32,000 nt of DNA from Thermodesulfobacteriota bacterium (GCA_026625185.1 CP113000.1:2982651-3014650), one strand, 5' to 3'. Counted from the first letter of the stretch, positions 9,370-18,254 are shown. Notes: generated from the letters alone by a model not told the origin. Numbers and translations are program-made.

Positions 9370-9462
9370 GGCCAACAGGACGCGGCAAAACGGCGTGCCG
9401 CGTTCGCTTAGCTCGTCGATGGCGCGAAGGCTCCGAGCTCGATGTGAAAATTCCTGTTGACA
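9370..9462 (+). other. attC-like imperfect palindrome following mazF
   Basis: Outer inverted repeat CAACAGG (9374-9380) / CCTGTTG (9453-9459). AAC and GTT sit at the boundary positions (GGCCAAC ... GTTGACA). Internal stems are ACGCGGCA/TGCCGCGT and AGCTCG/CGAGCT. It starts 4 nt after the mazF stop and is locally G+C-rich. Confidence 0.4.
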
Positions 9463-9485
9463 GTAACGGTCGCCAAAGTTATACT
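9457..9485 (+). promoter_or_regulatory. sigma70-like promoter for phd-relE
   Basis: TTGACA (9457-9462), a 17-nt spacer and TATACT (9480-9485). AGGAG lies 7 nt before the ATG at 9515. Confidence 0.6.
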
Positions 9486-9514
9486 AAAGGGTAACTTTTT
9501 AAAAGGAGATAGAT

Positions 9515-9790
9515 ATGCGTTTTGCGGGCATAAAAGAACTAAAACAAGAAACCATGGACCTTATAAAAGAATCTAAACAGAATGATATTTTCATCACCTC
9601 CTACGGAAAGCCGGTAGCCGTCCTCCACCATATTACTGAAGATGATCTTGCCGATTATCTGATTGAAAATGATCCGGAGTTTAAAAGCCGGATCGAGGAA
9701 GCGTTTGCCGACTACACCGCCAAAGGCGGTATAACCGCAGAGACCATGATAAAGAAATTAAAAAAACGCAGTGGAACCAAAAAAGTTTAA
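9515..9790 (+). CDS. Phd/YefM-family type II antitoxin
   Basis: 91 aa. IKELKQETMDLIKESKQNDIFITSYGKPVAVL is the Phd/YefM N-terminal fold pattern. It overlaps the downstream toxin gene by 20 nt. Confidence 0.85.
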   Translation: MRFAGIKELKQETMDLIKESKQNDIFITSYGKPVAVLHHITEDDLADYLIENDPEFKSRIEEAFADYTAKGGITAETMIKKLKKRSGTKKV

Positions 9791-10064
9791 CATTGTCTTT
9801 GCCGGTTCTGCCCAGCGGGACTTAGAGCGCTTCGAGGCTGAGACTGCTTTACAGGTGGTGAAGGATATTAAATCCCACTTGGAAACCTCCCCCCTCGGAT
9901 TTAGGAAAACCAGGATAAAAAAATTAACCGGCTTCTCCCCGCCTCTTTACCGCCTTCGAAGCGGTGACTTTCGCGCGTATTATCGCATCCTCGCTCATAA
10001 GGTTATTATTCTAACGATCACCCATAAAAAAGACAGCGAAAAATTTTTAAAAAAGGTGAAATGA
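9771..10064 (+). CDS. relE: RelE/ParE-family type II toxin
   Basis: 97 aa with a GTG start. YRLRSGDFRAYYRI...VIILTITHKKD is the RelE/ParE C-terminal signature. Confidence 0.85.
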   Translation: MEPKKFNIVFAGSAQRDLERFEAETALQVVKDIKSHLETSPLGFRKTRIKKLTGFSPPLYRLRSGDFRAYYRILAHKVIILTITHKKDSEKFLKKVK

Positions 10065-10083
10065 CCTCTTTTCTCTAATTGTA

Positions 10084-10214
10084 GAGACTGTGTCGTAATC
10101 CAAAAATTGTGGGTAGCCGCAGCCTTTAGGCTGCGTAACATATTGAAATTACATATCCGAGAAGCGCAAGCTAAAAGCTTGCGGCTACCAAAGGGTTTAT
10201 TATTTCACAGTCTC
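10084..10214. repeat. 131-bp compound palindrome (MITE-like or long attC-like element)
   Basis: Terminal inverted repeats GAGACTGTG-nnn-TAAT (10084-10099) and ATTA-nnn-CACAGTCTC (10199-10214). Inside are two inverted subunits, GTAGCCGCAGCCTTTAGGCTGCG and CGCAAGCTAAAAGCTTGCGGCTAC, each itself a hairpin. Confidence 0.7.
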
Positions 10215-10791
10215 ATGGCCTCACTTATGGATGGCGCTGGTTTGCGTTTAATGGAATGCCTGCGGCTCCGGGTGCAGGATGTTGACTTTGGACGAAACGA
10301 GATTACCGTCCGGGACGGGAAAGGTTTTCAGGACCGAGTGACGATCCTGCCTGAATCACTCAAAAAACCCCTTCAGGATTACCTGCGAAAGGTTAAGGCG
10401 ATTCACGAAAAGGATTTGTCCGCTGGTTTGGGGCGCGTGCAAATGCCCTACGCGCTTGATCGCAAGTACCCGCACGCCCCGCTGGCAGTTGGTATTTCCC
10501 CAGGAAAAGAGGTGGAAAAACACTAAAACAGGGCAGGAAGGGCGTCACCATGTTCATGAAACCATTCTGCAAAGAGCAGTGAGGGAAGCAGTCAAAAAAG
10601 CTGATATCGTTAAGCACATTGGTTGTCACACTTTCCGCCATTCATTTGCGACTCATCTTCTGGAAAACGGTTATGACATACTAACAATTCAGAAATTATT
10701 GGGACACAAAGAAGATAGCACAACAATGATTTATACACACGTTTTGAGCAAAGGCGGGCATGGGGTTCGGAGTCCAATTGACGAGCTTTAA
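10212..10791 (+). pseudogene. intI: integron integrase (IntI, tyrosine recombinase) remnant: 5'-truncated and frameshifted
   Basis: LMASLMDGAGLRLMECLRLRVQDVDFGRNEITVRDGKG is followed by the IntI-specific insertion [10 protein letters not shown] / RWQLVFP, then [19 protein letters not shown] and [14 protein letters not shown]. Roughly 130 N-terminal residues are missing. The frame changes near 10470-10485, within GCCCCGC. Confidence 0.85.
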
Positions 10792-10948
10792 CCGGCTTAT
10801 ACAGTCTGTATAAGACCGGAGCTATCAAAACAACAAAATGGTTTAACAATATAATATTATATGATATTTATAATTTATTAGAAAAAATCGAAAACGTCTT
10901 ATACAGAAAGCAACAGTCTGTGTTTGCTGTATTATACAGACTGTATAA
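10792..10948 (+). promoter_or_regulatory. palindrome-rich AT-rich spacer (attI-like or operator region)
   Basis: CCGG-CTTATACAGTCTGTATAAG-(A)CCGG at 10792-10819, half site CGTCTTATACAG at 10895-10906, and TTATACAGACTGTATAA at 10932-10948. Confidence 0.45.
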
Positions 10949-10989
10949 TCAGTGTTGGGCGTCTCGGAATAGGGTAAGGGAAACGAAAC

Positions 10990-11397
10990 ATGACAATAAT
11001 GGACATGATTTGGGTAGCAGTAGCGTCGCTGCTTCATCCGATAACGACAGAATCAACAACAGTGACACGTGGCCAGATTGAATCACAAGTGTTAGAGCTA
11101 TTTGGCACGTCAATTACACCAGTGATGATTGAGAAACACTTGGTCAGTTTCGAGGATCGACAAGCTGATAAAGCAAATCCACGACGCGGCGGCAGTCGAA
11201 ATCGCTACCTATTCCGGACAGAGAATGGGAGAACTCCATCGCGTCAAGGCAGGTTTCGTCTCTATAAACAGGCTGATTCAACACATGACGGATGGGAGAA
11301 AACTGGCCCTACGCATCCTGAGCCCAGTGCCATCGAGCCAGAATACCGACCGCTTATAGAATGGTACAAAGCTCAATATGCGGATGCAGTTGGTTAA
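10990..11397 (+). CDS. hypothetical protein (cassette-like ORF, function unknown)
   Basis: 135-aa ORF between the intI remnant and an attC site. No motif I can name with confidence. G+C is higher than in the flanks. Confidence 0.6.
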   Translation: MTIMDMIWVAVASLLHPITTESTTVTRGQIESQVLELFGTSITPVMIEKHLVSFEDRQADKANPRRGGSRNRYLFRTENGRTPSRQGRFRLYKQADSTHDGWEKTGPTHPEPSAIEPEYRPLIEWYKAQYADAVG

Positions 11398-11412
11398 TTC
11401 TTATGGATTTTA

Positions 11413-11496
11413 CGCCCAACAAACGCTTCGAGAGGGACGCTCCAACAGCCGGCTTCGCCGCCTGTTTCCGCGCCCCTCAAGCTTAACGTTGGCGCG
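11413..11496 (+). other. integron attC recombination site (VCR-like)
   Basis: R'' GCCCAAC (11414-11420, fits RYYYAAC) is followed by AAACGCTTCGAGAGGGAC. On the other arm, CCCCTCAAGC-TTAAC precedes R' GTTGGCG (11488-11494). The arms pair imperfectly with unpaired bases. The site starts 16 nt after the ORF stop. Confidence 0.75.
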
Positions 11497-11577
11497 GACA
11501 TTTCACACCGAACTATTGCATCTCCACGAAGAAAATGATTGTTGAAAAACAACCCGTGACAAACACGTTGTTTAACT

Positions 11578-11614
11578 AAAGGACACTCCAATTTTGTGAG
11601 TGTCCTTTTTTATT
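11578..11614 (+). terminator. Rho-independent terminator
   Basis: GGACACTC-CAATTTTGT-GAGTGTCC followed by TTTTTTATT. Confidence 0.8.
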
Positions 11615-11743
11615 CTGCGACCGTGTAGACGTAAAATAAAAAATAAGATAAAGTAACAATAAAATGGAGAAAATTTCATAAAAAATATTTAAAGATTCAG
11701 CTTTCTTAAGCGCAATCACACACTATTTTCCTGCACCGGTGCC

Positions 11744-12847
11744 ATGAAAAATTCAGACCAAAGCCTTCCCGGACTTTATATCCATGTTCCCTTTTGTAAA
11801 AGCAAATGTCCTTATTGTGATTTTTATTCAATAACCTCTTTATCATTAATCCCTGCCTGGCTGTCCGGAATTAAAAAAGAAGTTCTTATCTATAAAGATC
11901 GCTTTGGGTATTTTGATTCCCTTTACCTTGGCGGCGGCACACCCACGATCATCAGTGAACCGGATTTAATTCATTTAGTTGACTATCTTTTTACCCATTT
12001 TTATTTTTCTCCAGATTCAGAGATTTCTATCGAAGCCAATCCTGACGACATTACACAGGAAAAACTAAAATTATTACGCAACCTGGGAATAAATCGGATC
12101 AGCCTCGGTGCGCAGTCTTTTAATGATTACGACCTTCTTTATCTAAGCCGAAGGCATACGGTTTTGCAAACCAGGAGAGTTATAGAAATGATAAGGTCGG
12201 CGGGATTTACCAACCTAGGAATTGATCTTATGTATGGACTCAATGGCCAAACCGAAACCGATTGGTGCAAAACACTGGAAAGCGCGGTTGACTATAAACC
12301 AGAACACATTTCCTGCTATCAATTAACCATAAAAAAAGGAACACCATTTAAACAAAAAAAATTTAAACCCCTCAATGAATCAAAAGAGCGATCACTATTC
12401 ATGAGTACTTCTGCGTTGCTCGAGCAAGCGGGCTACCTTCATTATGAAGTTTCAAATTTTGCAAGAGAAGAAAAGTATATATGCCGCCACAATGCCAAGT
12501 ATTGGAACCATACACCTTATTTAGGGCTTGGTCCGTCAGCGCATTCTTTTTCCCCTAACCAACGCTGGTGGAATGTTAAATCCCTAAATAAATATTGTGA
12601 GTTACTCCAGAAAAATAGGCCACCTCGCGCAGGTACTGAATCGCTTACGGAAGAACAACTCCAGCTCGAATATCTTTGTTTAGGACTGAGGACCAGTGCG
12701 GGAATAGATCGCCGCTTTCTGAATAACCTATCCGCGTTAAAAGAGCTAACGGATGCAAAATTAGTGAGTATTAAAGGTGGGCGGGTAGTTCCAACCCGAG
12801 AGGGCTTCCTTTTTGCCGATAGTATCCCTCTTCTCCTTTCAGAATAA
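11744..12847 (+). CDS. hemW: radical SAM heme chaperone HemW (HemN-like, coproporphyrinogen oxidase family)
   Basis: GLYIHVPFCKSKCPYCDFYS (CxxxCxxC), then YLGGGTP and RISLGAQSF motifs. 367 aa. Confidence 0.9.
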   Translation: MKNSDQSLPGLYIHVPFCKSKCPYCDFYSITSLSLIPAWLSGIKKEVLIYKDRFGYFDSLYLGGGTPTIISEPDLIHLVDYLFTHFYFSPDSEISIEANPDDITQEKLKLLRNLGINRISLGAQSFNDYDLLYLSRRHTVLQTRRVIEMIRSAGFTNLGIDLMYGLNGQTETDWCKTLESAVDYKPEHISCYQLTIKKGTPFKQKKFKPLNESKERSLFMSTSALLEQAGYLHYEVSNFAREEKYICRHNAKYWNHTPYLGLGPSAHSFSPNQRWWNVKSLNKYCELLQKNRPPRAGTESLTEEQLQLEYLCLGLRTSAGIDRRFLNNLSALKELTDAKLVSIKGGRVVPTREGFLFADSIPLLLSE

Positions 12848-13002
12848 TCCCTACCCAACCGAAGTTTTTTTCTTTTCTTTGGCGTTTGCCTTGTTCCCAC
12901 GCTTAACATTTTCCAGAAGGGCATGAGGAGAAGAAGCGAAATAATCGCCAGCAGTTAAAAAGATGGAGACGGTGTCAGACCGATGGGTATATTGGAACCT
13001 GC

Positions 13003-14190
13003 TTATGATTTATATCCCGCATTGATCGTCACATACTCAGGGGAAAGATCAGTGGTTACAATGGAGGCGTCTTGCCTGCCTTGATTAAGGACCAGGGTTA
13101 TGGTAATATTTTTTTTCTTTATTTTTTCCTGAGCGCGTTTTTCATTCTGCGGTGCGACATTGACACCATTTTTTACCAGTGGAATTTTTCCCATGAAAAG
13201 ATCCACTTTTTCAAAGGATATGGGGAAAATGGTTTTCCCCGCAGCAGCGATGATCCGCCCCCAATTGACTTCTTCACCATAAAAAGCAGTCTTCACCAAA
13301 GGCGAGTAAGCAATACTCCGGGCAATGGTTTCTGCTTCTTTATGGGACGTGGCCTTTTTCACCTTTATTTCGATTACCTTTGTTACCCCTTCGCCATCAT
13401 TGACAATCTTTTGCGCCAATTCTTCCAGGACCTCAAAAAGCATAGTCTTTAATCCCGTGACTTCAGCGCTCTTTTTTGAGAAAGGTTGGTTCCCGGCCCG
13501 ACCATTAGCCAATAATAAAACCATGTCATTGGTGCTGGTATCTCCATCAATCGTGATTCGATTCAAAGACCTCATTATTCCTTCGTCCAATAAGGATTGC
13601 AATGTTCGCGGTAACACAGCGGCATTGGTAACAATAAAGACTAACATCGTCGCCAGCGATGGATTAATCATTCCCGCGCCTTTTGCAATCCCGCCGATGA
13701 TAATCTTTTCCCCGCCAATCATTTTTTTTCGTACCGCGATCTTTTTCACCGTATCCGTGGTCATAATCGCCTGAGCGAATTTCTCAACCTTTTCCTCAGC
13801 GAGGTCTTTACAAAGAACGGGTAATTGCGTTGACATTTTATTAACCGGCAAAAACTCTCCAATCACACCGGTTGAGGATACGGCAATCAAATCCGGGGAA
13901 ATTTTTAATATACGAGCAGTTTCTGCTGAGAGCCTTTTGGCATCCTCCATCCCCTTCTTCCCCGTACACGCATTTGCACAACCACTGTTAACCAGCACTG
14001 CCTGAATATATCCTTTTTTTATTCTTCGATGCGTTAAAAGAACCGGAGCCGCTTTTACCCAGTTTCGCGTGAAAACCCCCGCGGCAATTGCGGGGACTTC
14101 TGAGTAAAGTAATCCTATGTCCTTTTTCCCATACTTTTTTATTCCCCCTGAAATACCATTAAAGGAAAACCCAGGAATAACTATTTTCAT
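13003..14190 (-). CDS. argJ: bifunctional glutamate N-acetyltransferase / amino-acid acetyltransferase ArgJ
   Basis: The autoprocessing site PSLATMLVF is present, with KGAGMI and TIDGDTSTND motifs. Starting at Met21 (14190) avoids overlapping the secA stop at 14195. The ORF-track start is 14250. Confidence 0.92.
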   Translation of the reverse strand: MKIVIPGFSFNGISGGIKKYGKKDIGLLYSEVPAIAAGVFTRNWVKAAPVLLTHRRIKKGYIQAVLVNSGCANACTGKKGMEDAKRLSAETARILKISPDLIAVSSTGVIGEFLPVNKMSTQLPVLCKDLAEEKVEKFAQAIMTTDTVKKIAVRKKMIGGEKIIIGGIAKGAGMINPSLATMLVFIVTNAAVLPRTLQSLLDEGIMRSLNRITIDGDTSTNDMVLLLANGRAGNQPFSKKSAEVTGLKTMLFEVLEELAQKIVNDGEGVTKVIEIKVKKATSHKEAETIARSIAYSPLVKTAFYGEEVNWGRIIAAAGKTIFPISFEKVDLFMGKIPLVKNGVNVAPQNEKRAQEKIKKKNITITLVLNQGRQDASIVTTDLSPEYVTINAGYKS

Positions 14191-14194
14191 CGCG

Positions 14195-17008
14195 TTATAT
14201 TCCACAGCATTTTTTATATTTTTTCCCACTCCCGCAGGGACAGGGATCATTTCTTCCTACTTTCTTGCTCTCTCGCTTGACGGTTTTTGGTTTCGCCTCC
14301 CCTTCCCCCCGGCTTAAAACGAGCTGCGAGGAAGGAGCTGCCGTGGCAACAACGGGTTCGGGGGAAATGCGCACTCGAAAAAGCCTCGAGATAGTTTCTT
14401 CCTTGATCCTTTGGATCAGCTCCTGGAACATCTCAAATCCTTCCCTCTGGTATTCATTAAGAGGGTTTTTCTGCCCATAGCCTCGAAGTCCGATCCCTTC
14501 CTTAAGATGATCGAGATCGAGAAGATGTTCTTTCCAGAGGGTGTCAATAGCGTGAAGCGAACAAATTGATTCCAGGTAACGAAGGCCAGGTTCTCCGAAC
14601 TCTTTTTCCTTCTGTTGATAAATCTGTTGAATTTGATTAATGACCAAATCCAGGAGCTTTTCTTGGCTCAACGCTTCCATCTGCTGCCGGGTGAGAGAAA
14701 ATCGGATGGCAAACAGTCTGAAAATTTCGTCCTGTAGTCCCCGCAGATCCCATTCTGAAGGAGGAAGGTCAGGATGGATATACTTAGTGACTATTTCTTC
14801 GCAAAACTCTGCGCTCATCGCAATGATATCGTCGCGAAGGTTTTCACCCCGGAGAACGCGATTTCGCTGCTCATAGATTACTTCCCGCTGTTTATTCATC
14901 ACATCATCATATTCCAGAAGGTGCTTTCGAATATCAAAGTTATGCGCTTCTACTTTACCCTGGGCATTTTCGATCGCCCGCGTGATAAGGGGATGTTCAA
15001 TGGGTTCCCCTTCCTCCATCCCCAGTCTTTCCATAATGGATGCAATCCGCTCAGAACCAAAGATTCTCAGCAAATCATCCTCCAAGGAAAGATAAAATCG
15101 GGAAGAACCCGGATCACCCTGCCGACCACTCCGGCCGCGAAGCTGGCGATCAATCCGACGCGCCTCATGCCGTTCAGTTCCGATGATATGAAGACCACCG
15201 GCCTCGGTTACACCCTGACCAAGCTTAATATCAGTACCTCGGCCGGCCATATTCGTGGCAATGGTTACCACTCCAGGTTGACCGGCATTAGCAACAATCT
15301 CTGCCTCTTCTTTGTGCCGCTTGGCATTAAGCACTGAATGTTTTATCTTCTTCCCCAGCATCCGGCTTAAGGTCTCGGAAACTTCGACCGAGGTTGTCCC
15401 TACCAGAACCGGCCGATTTTGGTTTTTCATCTCCATAATTTCATCTATTACCGCCCGGTACTTCTCCGCTCTGGTCTTATAAATCATATCAGAATAATCA
15501 GTCCGCCGGACAGGTTCATTGGTGGGAATAACTAAAACATCAAGTTTATAGATCTTCAGAAATTCCGGTGCTTCGGTCTCCGCAGTTCCGGTCATTCCCG
15601 CTAATTTTTCATACATGCGAAAGTAGTTTTGGAGGGTGATGGTAGCAAAGGTCTGTGTTTCCCCTTCAATAGTCACCTCTTCCTTAGCTTCTAATGCTTG
15701 ATGCAACCCCTCACTGTACCTTCGACCGGGTAAAAGACGACCGGTAAATTCATCCACAATAAGTACCTTGCCATCGGAGACAACATAGTCTCCATCTTTC
15801 TCAAACAAGGAGTATGCACGGAGAAGCTGGTGGACATTCTGGATCTTTTCTCCTTTATCTGAAAACTCCTTTTCTAATGCGGCGCGGCGTTTATTTTTTT
15901 CCGCTTCGTTAAGATCCGGAACCTCATCTGCTTCACTTAAATCCGGAAGCACAAACATTTCCGGATCATTGGGAGAAAGATAATGTCTTCCTTTGTCGGT
16001 TAAATCGACCACATTATTCTTTTCTTCGATGGCGAAATAAAGTTCTTCATCCACTTCAGGAAGCTTCTTATCCCGAATACAATCCATTTCCACAGTTTCG
16101 ACCAGTTTTTTGTATTTGCCCTCTTTAAAGATTTTAAGAAGCCGCCTATTTTTGGGCGAAGCACGCTTGGCCTGGAGGAGTTTAATCCCACCTTCGTACT
16201 CTTTTCCTTCGTTAAGGAGATCTTCCGCTTCCTTGATCAATTTATTAACCAGCGTGGTTTGGGCATTTACCAAACGCTGCACCAAAGGCTTCATTTCAGC
16301 ATAACGGTTGGAAGAATGCTCCACCGGCCCTGAAATAATGAGCGGGGTTCGAGCTTCATCAATGAGGATACTATCTACCTCATCCACAATCGCATAATAG
16401 TGTTTTCTCTGAACCTGGTCTTCAAGACTATGCGCCATGTTATCCCGGAGATAGTCAAATCCGAACTCGGTGTTGGTCCCATAGGTGATATCAGCCTGAT
16501 AGGCCTTCCTTCGGCTCGTTGTTTCCAGGTCATGATAAATAACATCCACGGTGATTCCCAGATATTCGTAGATCTTCCCCATCCAATCCCGGTCACGTTT
16601 GGCTAAGTAATCATTAACGGTTATAATATGGACTCCCCGCCCGGTGAGTGCATTAAGGTAGGCCGGAAGTGTTGAAACCAGGGTTTTCCCTTCTCCGGTG
16701 GCCATTTCGGTAATTTTCCCCTGATGGAGCGCCACCCCACCGAGTATTTGAACATCATAGTGTCGCTCTCCCAATACTCTCAGGGCGGTTTCCCTTACTA
16801 CAGCATATGCCTCAACCAATAAATCATCGATGGATTCTCCGCGACCATACCGATCTTTAAACTCCCCGGTTTTAGCTTTCAACTGGGGTTCGGTTAATTT
16901 TTTGATTTCCGTTTCTAACGCGTTAATCCGTTCAAGAAGAGGCCCGATTTTTTTCAATTCCCGTTCATTCCGGCTTCCGAATATTTTTTGTCCTAACAGC
17001 TTAAGCAA
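14195..17008 (-). CDS. secA: preprotein translocase ATPase SecA
   Basis: 937 aa. Walker A MATGEGKT, a [23 protein letters not shown]-like box, and the C-terminal zinc finger [19 protein letters not shown]. Confidence 0.97.
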   Translation of the reverse strand: MLKLLGQKIFGSRNERELKKIGPLLERINALETEIKKLTEPQLKAKTGEFKDRYGRGESIDDLLVEAYAVVRETALRVLGERHYDVQILGGVALHQGKITEMATGEGKTLVSTLPAYLNALTGRGVHIITVNDYLAKRDRDWMGKIYEYLGITVDVIYHDLETTSRRKAYQADITYGTNTEFGFDYLRDNMAHSLEDQVQRKHYYAIVDEVDSILIDEARTPLIISGPVEHSSNRYAEMKPLVQRLVNAQTTLVNKLIKEAEDLLNEGKEYEGGIKLLQAKRASPKNRRLLKIFKEGKYKKLVETVEMDCIRDKKLPEVDEELYFAIEEKNNVVDLTDKGRHYLSPNDPEMFVLPDLSEADEVPDLNEAEKNKRRAALEKEFSDKGEKIQNVHQLLRAYSLFEKDGDYVVSDGKVLIVDEFTGRLLPGRRYSEGLHQALEAKEEVTIEGETQTFATITLQNYFRMYEKLAGMTGTAETEAPEFLKIYKLDVLVIPTNEPVRRTDYSDMIYKTRAEKYRAVIDEIMEMKNQNRPVLVGTTSVEVSETLSRMLGKKIKHSVLNAKRHKEEAEIVANAGQPGVVTIATNMAGRGTDIKLGQGVTEAGGLHIIGTERHEARRIDRQLRGRSGRQGDPGSSRFYLSLEDDLLRIFGSERIASIMERLGMEEGEPIEHPLITRAIENAQGKVEAHNFDIRKHLLEYDDVMNKQREVIYEQRNRVLRGENLRDDIIAMSAEFCEEIVTKYIHPDLPPSEWDLRGLQDEIFRLFAIRFSLTRQQMEALSQEKLLDLVINQIQQIYQQKEKEFGEPGLRYLESICSLHAIDTLWKEHLLDLDHLKEGIGLRGYGQKNPLNEYQREGFEMFQELIQRIKEETISRLFRVRISPEPVVATAAPSSQLVLSRGEGEAKPKTVKRESKKVGRNDPCPCGSGKKYKKCCGI

Positions 17009-17234
17009 TTTTTCGAAGTCCTTTATTAAAAATTTTTTAAACCATCAGATAAAAAACTCAGACTTTTTATTTTTAATTTACCCTTTTTTTATCAAAAAAA
17101 AGGAAAAATGTGAATCGACTTTACGATATATTGATAGAAAAAGTCAAAGCAGTTAAAATCTTAGGCAATATTTCCCCATTCTTGAAACTGTATCACCAGA
17201 ATATAGATAGACCGGCAGAGGAACCTCCTTCTAT

Positions 17235-17268
17235 TTCATCCCGTTAGAAAATTTTCTAACGGGATGAA
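17235..17268. promoter_or_regulatory. perfect 34-bp palindrome in the divergent secA / methyltransferase intergenic region
   Basis: TTCATCCCGTTAGAAAA|TTTTCTAACGGGATGAA has 17-nt arms and no mismatch. A third half-site fragment, CTTCTAACG, lies at 17286-17294. Confidence 0.6.
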
Positions 17269-17389
17269 TGCCCAGTGTGAAAGCCTTCTAACGTGTTTTA
17301 CTTATTCAAAAACTTTGTCTATAAAGATTTAAAGGTTAGGTCTATAAAAAGCAATTTTTTTTAATTTCATTTTTCTTAAAGAGATCCTC

Positions 17390-18018
17390 ATGAAACTTAA
17401 CTGGGCAGAGCGATGGGTCGTTAATAATCCTATCCGGGTATTTCAGCAACGACTGGAACTTTTTTTCCAAAAAAGAAAATTAAGCTCAACCCCGGGGCTT
17501 TAATTTTGGAGATCGGATGCGGGAGAGGAGCGGGCGCTGTTCTTATTCTTAATAAATTTAGGCCTTCTCTTTTTTATGCGTTCGACGCAGATAGTGTCAT
17601 GATTTACAAAGCAAAAAAATATCTTTCCTTTAAACAAAAAAAGAGAATCATCCTCTCAATAGCGGATGTCGGACAAATACCGTATAAAGATCAGTTTTTC
17701 GATGCGGTTTTTATTTTTGGGTTTTTGCACCATATTACTCTTTGGCGGGGAGCTTTAACTGAAATTTCAAGGGTTTTAAAATCGGGCGGGGTGTTCGTGT
17801 TTGAAGAATTATATCCTTCGCTTTATCAAAACTTTATTACCAAACATATTCTCCTTCACCTCAAAGAAAATGGTTTTCACAGTGATGATCTTAAATGCGC
17901 TTTACATGAGGAGGGCCTTCTCCTTAAAACTTCCTGGGAAATAAGAAGTCTGGGAATCGTGGGAATTTCAGAAAAAAAAGGGTTAATGAATAACCCTGCA
18001 GTAAGCTGCAGGGTATAA
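17390..18018 (+). pseudogene. class I SAM-dependent methyltransferase, apparent frameshift near 17470-17500
   Basis: ATG at 17390 gives MKLNWAERWVVNNPIRVFQQRLE..., which stops at TAA 17501-17503. Another frame continues PGALILEIGCGRGAG (SAM motif I) through to 18018. The junction contains T7/A6/A4/C4G4 homopolymers. Alternatively a TTG start at 17506 gives a 170-aa protein. Confidence 0.65.
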
Positions 18019-18032
18019 AGTTGAATTTATTT

Positions 18033-18173
18033 CCCTCTTCTCCCTCGATGGGAGAGGACTAAGGTGAGGGTGATCAAAAAGCAGGCACTTTTTATTTTAG
18101 CCCCCTCATCCTGACCTTCTCCCACCAGGGGAGAAGGGATATGCAATTCCCCGCATCAAGATGCGGGGAATTG
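18033..18173. repeat. inverted pair of REP-like elements plus a perfect 13-bp-stem hairpin
   Basis: CCCTCTTCTCCCTCGATGGGAGAGGACTAAGGTGAGGGTGA (18033-18073) faces an inverted diverged copy at 18098-18137. CAATTCCCCGCAT-CAAG-ATGCGGGGAATTG lies at 18144-18173. Confidence 0.7.
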
Positions 18174-18254
18174 CCAGTTAAAAACTACTTTTTTTCTAAA
18201 GGGAACGTGAGCGTAGCTCCATACCAGCCGATAATAGTTACCCCAGGAATGACA

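Noticed and set aside
10393-10849. Minus-strand ORFs 10393..10641 and 10610..10849
   Set aside because: They are antisense to the intI remnant, whose plus-strand translation carries unmistakable tyrosine-recombinase motifs.
11535-11579. 14-codon ORF MIVEKQPVTNTLFN just upstream of the terminator at 11578-11614
   Set aside because: It could in principle be a leader peptide. However there is no SD, no attenuator alternative pairing that I could find, and hemW starts 130 nt beyond the terminator. This is insufficient evidence.
11394-11591. 65-aa minus-strand ORF
   Set aside because: It spans the attC site and the terminator. The open frame is explained by the G+C-rich palindromic DNA.
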